A stretch of 64,000 nt of DNA from Candidatus Collierbacteria bacterium (GCA_016219325.1 JACRNH010000014.1:132-64131), one strand, 5' to 3'. Shown: positions 1-9,775, counted from the first letter of the stretch. Numbers and translations are program-made. Notes: generated by a model from the letters alone, not told the origin.

Positions 1-264
1 AAAGTATTTAACGGTGGAACAACCGGGCAACAAAACGCAGTTAAAAAAGTTTGGGGGAAACTGAAGGCATCACGGAAAAATCTGGATGATGCTAAGCAAG
101 CCGTTATTGACAGCGGGTCATTAAAATATTCCAATGATTTGGCTAGGAGATATGCCTCCAAAGCCGCCAAAACAGCCTCCAAACTACGAAGCCTGAATTT
201 AAACGCCGAATCAATAGACTATATTCAGGGGATTGCCGAATATATGGTCAACCGTAAAGTTTAA
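1..264 (+). CDS. C-terminal part of a probable polyprenyl synthetase family protein (5'-truncated by window)
   Basis: Open frame 1 to TAA at 262-264; helical end ...SGSLKYSNDLARRYASKA...IAEYMVNRKV resembles IspA/GGPPS C-termini. Confidence 0.55.
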   Translation, partial: KVFNGGTTGQQNAVKKVWGKLKASRKNLDDAKQAVIDSGSLKYSNDLARRYASKAAKTASKLRSLNLNAESIDYIQGIAEYMVNRKV

Positions 265-270
265 CCTCAA

Positions 271-1902
271 ATGGAAAATTGGAATTGGACAAAACTTCTT
301 TTAATTTTTAGTTTTCTAATCTTTTTAGGATCGCTGCTTTTACGCCAAGAAACGGCAATAACGCAGGATTTGGGAAGACATTTAAGATTGGGAGAAATGA
401 TTACCGCCGATGGAGAAGCCGGAAAGTGCGCTCTTTATTCAAATTGCCTGACGTACACTTATCCTGATTATCCGTTTATAAATCATCACTGGGGATCGGA
501 AGTAATTTTCTATCTTGTCCATAAATGGTCAGGCTTTTCCGGAATTATTGTTTTTAAAACAATTATTCTGGGATTGACGTTTATAGTTACACTTCTCCAT
601 TCGCTAGAACTCAATAAAGGCCCGGCCTTTTTAAAAAGGCCGGGCCTTTTATGGCTAGCAATTGCTGTTAGTCTTGTTTTTTTCTCCGTCCAAATGATGG
701 CGGACAGGCTAACTACCCGCCCGGAAATTTTTGGATATTTCTTGTTTTCTATCTTATTCTGGATGCTGAATTCATCGTTTCCAAAACGTCTTTTATCATT
801 GTTTCTTGTTTTCTGCTCATTGCTCATTATTCTGTGGGTGAATTTACACATTTCGTTTGTGTTTGGATTGATACTTATCTGGATTTGGGCAGGGAGCCAA
901 TTATTAGCGTCATTGCGAGGGAGCGACAGCGACCGCGGCAATCTCGGAGATCGCCACGCCCCGCCGCGTCGAACGCGGCTGGGGCTCGCGATGACGGCAA
1001 CGGCGGCGGCGTCTACTATGGCAACTATTTTCAATCCTTCCGGACTCCGCGGAACGCTGATGCCGCTATCAATACTCAAAGACTACGGCTACACCATTGT
1101 GGAAAATATGAATCCTTTTTTCTTGACAGCATTTAAACCACAACCAGAATACTGGATATACATTATATTGTTGATAACGACTATTTTCTTATTTCTTTTT
1201 TCCTCCGCCAAAAAAAATCCTTTTCACCTGCTAACCTTTTTAACTTTTAGCCTTTTCCCTCTTATTGCCGTCCGCCACCTGCCATTTTTTGCGCTTGTAA
1301 TTTCACCTATCTTGGCCCCGTTACTCTTTAGCGTCTTAAAAGGCCCGGCCTTGCTTAGCAAGGCCGGGCCTTATGATGCCCATATTCCGATACTAACTAT
1401 TGGCTTCTTATTATTGACAGCATTTACCAATCCCATTCCTCTTGCCTACGCCAAACTCCCGCCGATAAATCTATCCACAGATTCCCGCCACGATCAGGCC
1501 ATCGAGTTTGTTAAACAAAATAATTTTCAGGGACCGATGTGGAATAACTACGACATCGGCAGTTTCCTGGAATGGGCGATTCCGGAACACAAGACTTTCG
1601 TTGACGGAAGACCTGAAGCATTCCCTGTTGGGTTTTTCAAAAAGACGTATATTCCGATGCAGGAATCGCAGAAAAAGTGGGACGAGGTAACCGCGGCAAA
1701 CGATATCCAGTGGGTGTTTGCGGCTCTGACAGACGCCACTCCGTGGTTTACCAAATGGTGGCAGATGATCCAAAATCATCAGGGTTGGAAGATTGTATAC
1801 ATTGATAATTACAGCACAATTCTGATCCGGACCAACGGCAAAAACAATTTAATTGAACCACAGGGAAAAGCTCGATTATTAAAAACCCTCAATTCGGATT
1901 GA
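271..1902 (+). CDS. Polytopic membrane protein, GT-C glycosyltransferase-like, with three in-frame palindromic insertions
   Basis: Many TM segments; DLGRHL, HHWGSE, RPE, WVNLH and FVDGRPE motifs. Confidence 0.6.
   Translation: MENWNWTKLLLIFSFLIFLGSLLLRQETAITQDLGRHLRLGEMITADGEAGKCALYSNCLTYTYPDYPFINHHWGSEVIFYLVHKWSGFSGIIVFKTIILGLTFIVTLLHSLELNKGPAFLKRPGLLWLAIAVSLVFFSVQMMADRLTTRPEIFGYFLFSILFWMLNSSFPKRLLSLFLVFCSLLIILWVNLHISFVFGLILIWIWAGSQLLASLRGSDSDRGNLGDRHAPPRRTRLGLAMTATAAASTMATIFNPSGLRGTLMPLSILKDYGYTIVENMNPFFLTAFKPQPEYWIYIILLITTIFLFLFSSAKKNPFHLLTFLTFSLFPLIAVRHLPFFALVISPILAPLLFSVLKGPALLSKAGPYDAHIPILTIGFLLLTAFTNPIPLAYAKLPPINLSTDSRHDQAIEFVKQNNFQGPMWNNYDIGSFLEWAIPEHKTFVDGRPEAFPVGFFKKTYIPMQESQKKWDEVTAANDIQWVFAALTDATPWFTKWWQMIQNHQGWKIVYIDNYSTILIRTNGKNNLIEPQGKARLLKTLNSD
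616..649. repeat. 34-bp perfect palindrome, AAGGCCYGGCCTT family, inside CDS
   Basis: AAAGGCCCGGCCTTTTT|AAAAAGGCCGGGCCTTT. Confidence 0.9.
909..995. repeat. 87-bp RPE/REP-like palindromic element inside CDS
   Basis: Termini GTCATTGCGAG...CTCGCGATGAC, internal hairpins, GC-rich relative to the gene. Confidence 0.8.
1333..1373. repeat. AAGGCCYGGCCTT-family palindrome, copy 2
   Basis: GTCTTAAAAGGCCCGGCCTTGCTTAGCAAGGCCGGGCCTTA. Confidence 0.9.
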
Positions 1903-1937
1903 CAACCGGTCGGGTTTCAGTTAACCTAGGTGATATT

Positions 1938-2651
1938 ATGCCGGAATCGTCCAACAATAAAAATATTTTAATCGCCCTCCTGGCTGTTGCTGCTTTTTTA
2001 ATCGGATCGCTGTTTACCGAAGTCCGTTATTTAAAAAAATCCGGAAACCAAAATTCTCAAGTTGCCAACACCATCCCGGTTGCTGCTGAAGACAACATTT
2101 CTCCCCAACCGCTTTCTGACTCCGATCATGTTTTAGGAGACCGGAATTCCAGACTGCTATTTATAGAATATTCTGACCTCGAATGCCCGTTTTGCAAACA
2201 ATTCCATCCGACTACCAAACAAATACTAGAGGAATATAAAAATAACCTAGCTCTTGTTTATAGACATTTTCCGCTAGATATTCATCCCAAGGCCAGGAAA
2301 GAAGCCGAGGCGACCGAATGCGCCCGGGATTTGGGCAGTCCTTCTGATTTTTGGAAATTTGTCGATAAAATTTTTGAAGTTACACCGTCCAACAACGGCT
2401 TAAATCCTGACGAACTACCGAAACTTGCTGTCCAAATCGGCCTGAATGAAAATAAATTTAAAGATTGTTTGGCAAGCGGAAAATTCACCCAAAAAATCGC
2501 TGATGATTACGATCAGGGAATTAAAGCCGGAGTTGGCGTCACCCCCAGCAGTGTAATTGTCGATACTAAAACCGGCAAAAGCAAAACCATAACCGGGGCT
2601 GTCCGCCCGGAACAAATTAAGTCCGTTATTGACGCCATGCTGAAGGAATAA
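1938..2651 (+). CDS. DsbA/thioredoxin-fold disulfide oxidoreductase with N-terminal membrane anchor
   Basis: EYSDLECPFCK, YRHFPL, GVTP; ATG at 1938 preferred as start. Confidence 0.9.
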   Translation: MPESSNNKNILIALLAVAAFLIGSLFTEVRYLKKSGNQNSQVANTIPVAAEDNISPQPLSDSDHVLGDRNSRLLFIEYSDLECPFCKQFHPTTKQILEEYKNNLALVYRHFPLDIHPKARKEAEATECARDLGSPSDFWKFVDKIFEVTPSNNGLNPDELPKLAVQIGLNENKFKDCLASGKFTQKIADDYDQGIKAGVGVTPSSVIVDTKTGKSKTITGAVRPEQIKSVIDAMLKE

Positions 2652-3305
2652 ATGAATAGACTTCTGAAGACGATCGGTTTTATTCTTCTGCTTGTTGTAA
2701 TCTCCGCCGGCGGAATATTTATCCTGACCCGGAAACCGAAAGCGGTTGAAGGGATAGAAACATTTCCCAGTCAGGGCCGCAATCACGTCCCTGCCGGAAC
2801 TATCGGAGAATATAACAGCAATCCGCCTACTTCGGGACCGCACTACACCCAATGGGAAAAACCGGGAATATACAATAAGGTTCTTCCGGACGGAAACTTA
2901 ATTCACTCGTTGGAACACGGATATGTGATAATTTCGTACGATTGTACGAAATTATCAAACTCAAAACTCAAAACTCAAAGTTCAAAATTTTGGAAGGTTT
3001 TTGCGCATGAAACGGAAGAGATCCATGAAGAACCTCCGGCCACAGATAGCGCTGATGTCAAACCAGATAATATTTCCGGATGGAAAGATAGTCCTGATTG
3101 CCAAAAATTGGTTGATCAGATAAAACAAGTTACCAAGAAAACCGGCATGGACAGGCTGATCGTAGTTCCCAGGCCAAATCTTGATGTCCCAATAGCTATG
3201 ACGTCCTGGACAAAATTGTTGAAACTGAACGACGTCAACGAAGACAAAATTATTAATTTCGTTAAAGAATTCCGGAACAAAGGTCCTGAAAAAACCATGG
3301 AATGA
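2652..3305 (+). CDS. DUF3105 family protein
   Basis: YNSNPPTSGPHY and HSLEHGYV motifs; ends GPEK. Confidence 0.85.
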   Translation: MNRLLKTIGFILLLVVISAGGIFILTRKPKAVEGIETFPSQGRNHVPAGTIGEYNSNPPTSGPHYTQWEKPGIYNKVLPDGNLIHSLEHGYVIISYDCTKLSNSKLKTQSSKFWKVFAHETEEIHEEPPATDSADVKPDNISGWKDSPDCQKLVDQIKQVTKKTGMDRLIVVPRPNLDVPIAMTSWTKLLKLNDVNEDKIINFVKEFRNKGPEKTME

Positions 3306-3327
3306 CAGGCTTTTTTTCAGGGCGAAT

Positions 3328-3621
3328 TTATCCCAATTCTTTTTCCAGTTTGGAAATCTTAAGCATTCTAAGGATATTCCCGATTAAGACGAAAAGGGAG
3401 AATCCAACTCCGATTGCCAACAACACCAAAGGCAAGTTGGCCGGAATATTCGGCAGGAATTGGTAAAGGACCGGATAAAACATCAGGGCCATAAACACTA
3501 CAAGGATTACCAAAATTGCTTCCAAAGAATAAATAATCTTCTCTAGCCTCAACTGCTGAATCCTAAATTCAAGATTTGGTTTAACCTTAACCGCCGGAGT
3601 TGTAACTGTTTTTCTTGGCAC
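3328..3621 (-). CDS. Small membrane protein
   Basis: Two TM helices; -10-like TATAAT just upstream of GTG. Confidence 0.65.
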   Translation of the reverse strand: MPRKTVTTPAVKVKPNLEFRIQQLRLEKIIYSLEAILVILVVFMALMFYPVLYQFLPNIPANLPLVLLAIGVGFSLFVLIGNILRMLKISKLEKELG

Positions 3622-3671
3622 GAAAATTATTATATATCAAAAAAATCTGCATGCAATAGGAAAAATTAATT

Positions 3672-5771
3672 TTAGACCTCAAGCTTGACTTTTTTTAAGG
3701 CCATGGCGTTAATTACCACAATCACTGAAGACAGACTCATCAAAAACGCCCCTATTCCCGGTGTAAGTTGAAAGCCAAGCGGGATAAATAAGCCTGCAGC
3801 GGCCGGAATCGCCAAAACGTTATAGCCGGTAGCCCACAGTAAGTTTTCTATCATTTTCCGGTAGACTTTTCTGGAAAGGATAACCAGCCTGGCCACGTCC
3901 TCCGGATTGCTGCGGGTTAAAACTACGTCTCCTGATTCAACCGCGACGTCAGTCCCGGCCCCAATCGCCACTCCGGCATTGGCCTGTTTCAAGGCCGGGG
4001 CGTCATTAACGCCGTCTCCCACCATAATGACTATCTCGCCTTTATCCTGAAGGCTCTTAACATATTTATATTTATCGGCCGGTAAGACTTCAGCAAAAAC
4101 TGTATCCATCTCCAGCTCTTTACCCACGTCTTCTGCCACTTGGTGGTTATCTCCGGTAACCATGGCTGCTTTGACCCCTAATCGGTGCAAGCTTTTTATG
4201 GCAGATATTGATTCGGGCTTGATTTGATCGGACAAAGAGATTGTCCCCAAAATTTGTTTCCCGTCGGCAACAAATACTGTCGTTCCCCCACCGTCTTCTC
4301 CATTTACCGAAAGCCCTTTTTCTTTCATTAATCTGAAATTGCCAATCGTATATTTAATTTTCCCAACAGTGCCCTCTATTCCTTTCCCAGCCAAATTTTT
4401 AAAATTGACAACGGACTGAAGAGATACGCCTTTTTGTTTGGCATATTTGACGATTGACAGGCCGATAACGTGAGAGGAATGGACTTCTAGGGAGGCTGCT
4501 ATTTCAATTAAGGCCTGGCCTTGCAAAGCAAGGCCAGGCCTTTTAAGACTTACGATTTTAGTCACCCCGAACTCCCCCTTCGTCAATGTTCCGGTCTTGT
4601 CAAAAATCACATAAGTAGCTTTTTTAATTACCTCTAATTTTCCTAAATCTTTCAGAAAAACGCCGTTTTTAACGGCTAAAGTTGTGGCAATAGTTGAGAC
4701 AGTTGGGATAGCCAAGCCTAAAGCATGCGGACAGGCAATTACCAAAACCGTAATCGCCAAAGTCATGGCAAAAACAAACGGCTGTCCGGCTACCGCCGAC
4801 CAAAAGAACAAAGAAAATAATCCGACCGTCAAGGCGGTAAGGGTCAAAATTCCGGCGGCCTTGTCGGCGATCTTTTGGGCGGTAGGCTTGGTTTTTTGGG
4901 CTTGAGCGATAAGGTTTTTAATCTGGCCTATAGTTGAATTTTCTCCGACTTTATCCAACTTGACTTCCACCGAACCATCAAGACAAATAGCTCCGGCTAT
5001 CGCTCTATCGCCGGTTTTTTTGGATACCGGCCGTGATTCGCCGCTGATATGAGATTCATTAAAGTTGACCGCGCCCTTAATGATTATTCCGTCGGCCGGG
5101 ACTTTCTCCCCAGGCTTGACCAATACTACGTCCCCCTCTTTCAACTCTTCAATATCTATATCTTCTGTTAATTCTGAATTCTGAATTCTGAATTCTGAAT
5201 TAATTATGCGGTGGGCCTGTTTCGGCAACAACTTTGCCACTTCTTTCAGAGCATCGCCGGCTGCAGTAGAAGATTTAGCTTCTAAGAAATGGCCGAATAA
5301 CAACACCCAAATCAGAGTAGATATTTCCAGATAAAATTCGGTTTTAATCGCCGGAATAAATGTTGAAGCGGCGGAAAATAAGTACCCTGAACCGACGGCC
5401 AATGATACTAAAGTCATCATCCCGTATTTCTTAGCCATCCATTCATGGCGGGCATGCTGGAAGAAAATCAGGCTGAAGTAGAAAATGACGGTGGCAGCTG
5501 CAAATTCTAAATAGTTCCGACCGGCGAAATCCGGCATTCCCAGAAACCTAATACCCAGTTTGCTGGTTATCAACAACGGAACCAATAACAAAGTGACGAT
5601 TAAAAATCGTCTCAAAAAATCTCCGGCGGCTTGCGGCCCGGCCATCATGGCGGCGTGATCATGAGATTCATTAGCCTCATGCTGCGGAACTAAATCCATT
5701 CCCCCGCACTTGGGACATTTTCCGGGATGATCCTGTTTAATCTCGGGGTGCATGGGACATGTATAAATCAT
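3672..5771 (-). CDS. copB: Copper-translocating P1B-type ATPase (CopB-like)
   Basis: YTCPMHP N-terminus, CPHALGLA, DKTGTLT, GDGVNDAPAL, YN and MSLSS motifs. Confidence 0.9.
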   Translation of the reverse strand: MIYTCPMHPEIKQDHPGKCPKCGGMDLVPQHEANESHDHAAMMAGPQAAGDFLRRFLIVTLLLVPLLITSKLGIRFLGMPDFAGRNYLEFAAATVIFYFSLIFFQHARHEWMAKKYGMMTLVSLAVGSGYLFSAASTFIPAIKTEFYLEISTLIWVLLFGHFLEAKSSTAAGDALKEVAKLLPKQAHRIINSEFRIQNSELTEDIDIEELKEGDVVLVKPGEKVPADGIIIKGAVNFNESHISGESRPVSKKTGDRAIAGAICLDGSVEVKLDKVGENSTIGQIKNLIAQAQKTKPTAQKIADKAAGILTLTALTVGLFSLFFWSAVAGQPFVFAMTLAITVLVIACPHALGLAIPTVSTIATTLAVKNGVFLKDLGKLEVIKKATYVIFDKTGTLTKGEFGVTKIVSLKRPGLALQGQALIEIAASLEVHSSHVIGLSIVKYAKQKGVSLQSVVNFKNLAGKGIEGTVGKIKYTIGNFRLMKEKGLSVNGEDGGGTTVFVADGKQILGTISLSDQIKPESISAIKSLHRLGVKAAMVTGDNHQVAEDVGKELEMDTVFAEVLPADKYKYVKSLQDKGEIVIMVGDGVNDAPALKQANAGVAIGAGTDVAVESGDVVLTRSNPEDVARLVILSRKVYRKMIENLLWATGYNVLAIPAAAGLFIPLGFQLTPGIGAFLMSLSSVIVVINAMALKKVKLEV
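4509..4549. repeat. AAGGCCYGGCCTT-family palindrome, copy 3 (inverted), inside the ATPase gene
   Basis: Reverse complement GTCTTAAAAGGCCTGGCCTTGCTTTGCAAGGCCAGGCCTTA matches 1333-1373 at 38/41 positions. Confidence 0.9.
5170..5201. repeat. Heptamer tandem repeat (AATTCTG)x4 inside the ATPase gene
   Basis: Read directly; encodes NSEFRIQNSEL. Confidence 0.9.
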
Positions 5772-6610
5772 TTTTTCCCTATCTTAAATAGTTTGACAGC
5801 TAATAAAATCATTATAATCAGAAAGATAAAATTAAGACCGGGGATTTCTTCGGCAACAGCCGATACCCCGAAGGCCACGTTTTGAATTAATTTAGTGGAT
5901 TCTGATTGACCGGAATCCATTCCCAACAATCCCAGCCTTGTCATAGAAATAGTTGCCAAACCGGTGATTAAAAAAACCGCTGACGCGACTATATTAGACA
6001 CTAACAAATCATATTTCTTACCGAATATATTTATTTCCCCGATTGACTTTCTCATGAGAGGCCGGTCAAGAATATTACGGCTGTCAATAAATGCCGATGC
6101 CAAATAAAGCGGGGCGACCATTCCCAAAACATAAAATGTTCCGACTCCCAAAGACATTAAAATTGTCGGTGATAAAGTCGATAAAGCCATCACTCCGATC
6201 AGTACCGGCGCGCAACACGAGCTGGTAATACCGGAAAAAACTCCCAAGGTGAAGCTGGACCAGACATCAACTTTTCCGGTGTTTTTACGTTGTAAATTAA
6301 TCATCGGCAATTTAATCCCCAACAAAGCAAAGATTGCCAAAATTAATAAAAAAATTCCCCCGAGATAATAAGTTTGGTCATGGAGCCGGAAAAATAACAT
6401 TGATAAGGCTTTGGCTCCCAAAACTACCGGCAACATGATGGAAAAAATTCCCAAGGAATAAATAAATGTCATCAACAGGACCTGTTTTTTCTCTCGGAAA
6501 ATATTTCCGAAATACGACGGCAACAGATAGGTAATACAGCAAGGAGCAAAAAGGGCTACCGATCCGGCAATAAAAGCAGCCAAAAATGAAATTGAGGTAT
6601 ACGCGTCCAT
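5768..6610 (-). CDS. ccdA: CcdA/DsbD-like transmembrane electron transporter
   Basis: FAPCC and SCCAPVL motifs in TM segments. Confidence 0.8.
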   Translation of the reverse strand: MDAYTSISFLAAFIAGSVALFAPCCITYLLPSYFGNIFREKKQVLLMTFIYSLGIFSIMLPVVLGAKALSMLFFRLHDQTYYLGGIFLLILAIFALLGIKLPMINLQRKNTGKVDVWSSFTLGVFSGITSSCCAPVLIGVMALSTLSPTILMSLGVGTFYVLGMVAPLYLASAFIDSRNILDRPLMRKSIGEINIFGKKYDLLVSNIVASAVFLITGLATISMTRLGLLGMDSGQSESTKLIQNVAFGVSAVAEEIPGLNFIFLIIMILLAVKLFKIGKK

Positions 6611-7576
6611 TTAAGCCCCACAGCTCCCGCCGCGGCTTTGAATCCCCGGGACTCCCTGAATGGCTTGGTTTATCCGGGCGGCGCCCTGGGCGGAAGAATA
6701 ATCTTTGGATAGGGCCACCCGGGGATCGACTTTATCCCAACTTATTCCCTGCTGTTTTTGGAAGTAAACCGCCATTTCAACATATGTATCGGGAAACCAG
6801 AAAGAATTGAGAGCCAGAATGTCTTTATAAATTTGTTTTTCCGAAAGCCCGGCGGAAACAGCAAGTTCAATATAGGCGAGGGCGGCCATGCCGTGGTTGC
6901 AGTCGGGAAAAGCGGTGGCGTTGCCGCAGCAGGGACGGTAAACATTTTCGGCAATTTTTTTGACCATTTCCTGCTGTTGCGGAGTCAAAGGAATAATCTC
7001 TTGACTGCTATAAAGCTCAACCGCGGTTTTTTTACCCAGAGTCCAGCCGCCGGTGGAAGCGAAATTGCCCAATTTGGAGCGGTCGGAAACCATCGGGCCC
7101 TCGTCGAGAACTTTACTTTTGTTGATTAAACCCAGAGCCCATAACAAATTGACTACCAGGCGGGAATTGTTTTCGTTGATAGCGATAGGTTTATTGGAAT
7201 TACCGTTAAGAATGTCAAGATCCGCCCGACCGTCGATATCTGATTTATGGATTTGTTTAAACTTTTCAGCATCAATGGCGCCGGAGTCGACCAGTTTTTT
7301 ACCGATATCTCCCCATTTTAGCGAAGTGACATATCCGCCGGAAGGCAATACTTGAGCGGTGGCTTCTTTGACCAAAAGTTCGGGATTCTTAATTTCCGTC
7401 AGTTGCCGCCGCAGCCGATTTACTTGGCGTCTCATGATCATTTGGTCGGTCAACGCTCCCAACGCTAAAGAATCAATCGTAAATATAATTACCAACCATA
7501 GAGGAACCAATTTCTTAAAAAACTTTATCAGGCGGCCTTGTTTTCTTTTAAATAAAATTTGTTTTAATGTTTTCAT
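6611..7576 (-). CDS. Hypothetical exported protein with Cys/His metal-binding motif
   Basis: YRPCCGN...DCNHGMA; C-terminal GSCGA; in the copper operon. Confidence 0.7.
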   Translation of the reverse strand: MKTLKQILFKRKQGRLIKFFKKLVPLWLVIIFTIDSLALGALTDQMIMRRQVNRLRRQLTEIKNPELLVKEATAQVLPSGGYVTSLKWGDIGKKLVDSGAIDAEKFKQIHKSDIDGRADLDILNGNSNKPIAINENNSRLVVNLLWALGLINKSKVLDEGPMVSDRSKLGNFASTGGWTLGKKTAVELYSSQEIIPLTPQQQEMVKKIAENVYRPCCGNATAFPDCNHGMAALAYIELAVSAGLSEKQIYKDILALNSFWFPDTYVEMAVYFQKQQGISWDKVDPRVALSKDYSSAQGAARINQAIQGVPGIQSRGGSCGA

Positions 7577-8064
7577 TTCACAACACTTCCTTTCAGTGTA
7601 AATTCCAGTTTAGGATTATTTTTATCATTGGTTTCAACTTCAATTTGCCTAGTCATCGCGCCTACGCCGGAAGGTCCGTGAAAAGCCGGATCAAATACTA
7701 TTTTCAACTCTGCTTCTTTTCCGGCCGGCACTTCTCCGATCCAAGACGATTTTTGATGCATCCCGAAAAAGGGACTTCCCTTTCCATCGATTATGACTTG
7801 CGCCGTAGTACACATGCAAGAGGTGGAAACGCCGGAAAGTTTTAAGGGTCCAACACCAATATTTTTGATCAAAAACACTTTCTCCGCGTTTCCGCCATTG
7901 ATTTTAATTTCTCCCCAATCGTGATTAGTTTCCCCAACTTCAACCTTAGACTGATCAGATTTTTCCACCGCAACCCCAACCGGCTTTGACAACAACCACG
8001 CCCCCGTTCCCAAAATGGCAAAAGTGATTATCCCTATAACTATAAATACTGTTTTATGTTTCAT
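7573..8064 (-). CDS. DUF1573 (Ig-like) domain protein
   Basis: TSCMCT and FDPAFHGP motifs; N-terminal TM. Confidence 0.8.
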   Translation of the reverse strand: MKHKTVFIVIGIITFAILGTGAWLLSKPVGVAVEKSDQSKVEVGETNHDWGEIKINGGNAEKVFLIKNIGVGPLKLSGVSTSCMCTTAQVIIDGKGSPFFGMHQKSSWIGEVPAGKEAELKIVFDPAFHGPSGVGAMTRQIEVETNDKNNPKLEFTLKGSVVK

Positions 8065-8537
8065 TATTTATGTTTATTTACAAATTTGTTCTCGCACCCT
8101 TCGGCGCAAAAATAATAGGTCTTGCCCTTTTGTTTTAAGGCCCTGCCGGCCGTCTTCGGCGACAACCTCATTCCGCAAACCGGATCCCGCACCAAGGGTA
8201 CCATATCTTTCATTTTTAATCTTAACTCCTCTGTCAGGTTTTCATTGCCGCGGTTTTGGCCGATCAACATTTCGCGGATAAGGTCGGACGATTTAACAAT
8301 ATTTTTATGCGACAATTTATAATAAATATTTGTGCCTTTTTTTCTGGTGGTAACCAAATGAAACTCCCTTAATACCATCAAATGCTGGCTTAAATTGGCC
8401 TGCGGCAAGCCCAGCATCTCCACCATCTGGCTAACGGACATTTCCTGATCCCTTAATAAATGAACTATTTCCAGCCGCTTGGGGTTGGATAAAGCGGCGT
8501 AAACATCGGCGTGGAGTTGAAAGATTTGAGAATACAT
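8064..8537 (-). CDS. ArsR/SmtB transcriptional repressor fused to YHS domain
   Basis: ALSNPKRLEI...SQHL HTH; DPVCGM...YYFCAEGC. Confidence 0.9.
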   Translation of the reverse strand: MYSQIFQLHADVYAALSNPKRLEIVHLLRDQEMSVSQMVEMLGLPQANLSQHLMVLREFHLVTTRKKGTNIYYKLSHKNIVKSSDLIREMLIGQNRGNENLTEELRLKMKDMVPLVRDPVCGMRLSPKTAGRALKQKGKTYYFCAEGCENKFVNKHK

Positions 8538-8553
8538 TCGATTTGTTGAATAT
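8534..8553. promoter_or_regulatory. Putative ArsR operator ACATTC-N8-GAATAT overlapping the arsR start
   Basis: Imperfect inverted repeat; near-identical copy at 9777-9796; TTGACT on minus strand at 8573-8578. Confidence 0.65.
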
Positions 8554-8622
8554 TATGATAACCTCTCGGCTTAGTCAAGAAGCAAATAACGGCAGCCGGC
8601 ACGAGTCGTCCACCGATAGTTG

Positions 8623-8886
8623 CTACTTTTTTCCGCCGACTTTTTCCCAGGACCAGCCGAAAAGCCAGCCGTAAATCCAGCCGGCAATCACCAACGCAAT
8701 TCCGCCGGCGATAAAGCTGATAAAGGTGATGTTGATATCACTCACCGGCCAACGGCCGTGAGTCCACCAAGACAGAATTGTTCCGGAAAAACCGGGCAGC
8801 AGCCAGACAAAGGCAGTACAAGTTACCCAGACGACCGCGGCCCAAAGAGCAACCGTGTTGGCAATAACAAGTTTATTTGATTTCAT
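8623..8886 (-). CDS. Small membrane protein (DUF5676-like)
   Basis: Two TMs with C and H residues; strong SD. Confidence 0.6.
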   Translation of the reverse strand: MKSNKLVIANTVALWAAVVWVTCTAFVWLLPGFSGTILSWWTHGRWPVSDINITFISFIAGGIALVIAGWIYGWLFGWSWEKVGGKK

Positions 8887-9332
8887 GATTGATCACCTTC
8901 TTTCAAGCGCGATAGCTGTCTCCATAAGTATACCGAGCCGACGATGTTGGAGGCAATCCCGATTGCCAATAGAGGAGCTTGGAAATTTACCAACCACAGG
9001 GACAAAGCCGATAGCCCTAAAATCGGAACGACGTCGGCGAGGTGATGGGCACAGCAGGCGATCATGGAGACGGTGGAGGTGGCGGAACCGGCGGCCATCA
9101 TGCCTTTACCGACAACTGATTTAGCTAGAGATTTTAAATAATAAAATAACCCTACTTGAACGCCAAAACCGGCAACCAACGGCAGCATTAAATACCAAAG
9201 TTGCCGAAACTGCCACCAGGCCGCGTCCCACGAACCGGCCAAAAGCCGCATGGTAAGGGAATAAAACAGAAATAAACCGGCGGCTGCCAGAAATCCAATT
9301 GAAAATGAAAAGAATTTCGGTTTGGTATTCAT
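8883..9332 (-). CDS. Membrane protein with CCAHH motif
   Basis: SMIACCAHH in a 4-TM protein next to copper genes. Confidence 0.7.
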   Translation of the reverse strand: MNTKPKFFSFSIGFLAAAGLFLFYSLTMRLLAGSWDAAWWQFRQLWYLMLPLVAGFGVQVGLFYYLKSLAKSVVGKGMMAAGSATSTVSMIACCAHHLADVVPILGLSALSLWLVNFQAPLLAIGIASNIVGSVYLWRQLSRLKEGDQS

Positions 9333-9775
9333 TTTAATTCGTCAAACATAAACTCTTGCCTGGCGACTTCGGGCGTTTCCAAGAAAATTATTTTGAGCGG
9401 CGCAGATACCCGGTTAAACTTGACTTCGGCAGAGCGGTGATGGTTGGCGCCTTCGGTTTTGACTGCGACAGGAGAAAACTTCCGGCCGGATGCCTCCAGG
9501 ATGACGGATTTTTGAAAGTCGATATCGTCCAAATCAACCGAGTGGGTATTTAAAGAAACTTCAAAGACAATCTTGTTTTCGTCGGATTTTCCGGCCAGAT
9601 AATTCACCTCGACAGAAACTTGTCCTGCCGGTTGTTGCGTTCCGCCGGTAACCGCTTCAGGTGGCGGAATTAGAGATTTTGACGTCGTCCTGGCGCTCGA
9701 AATTCTTTGCCAAACCAGTATCCCAATAACAGCGGTTACCAAACCTAATCCCAAACTAAAATTTCTATATTTCAT
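9329..9775 (-). CDS. Hypothetical exported protein
   Basis: LNTHSVDL and GANHHR motifs; ATG at 9775 preferred. Confidence 0.7.
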   Translation of the reverse strand: MKYRNFSLGLGLVTAVIGILVWQRISSARTTSKSLIPPPEAVTGGTQQPAGQVSVEVNYLAGKSDENKIVFEVSLNTHSVDLDDIDFQKSVILEASGRKFSPVAVKTEGANHHRSAEVKFNRVSAPLKIIFLETPEVARQEFMFDELK

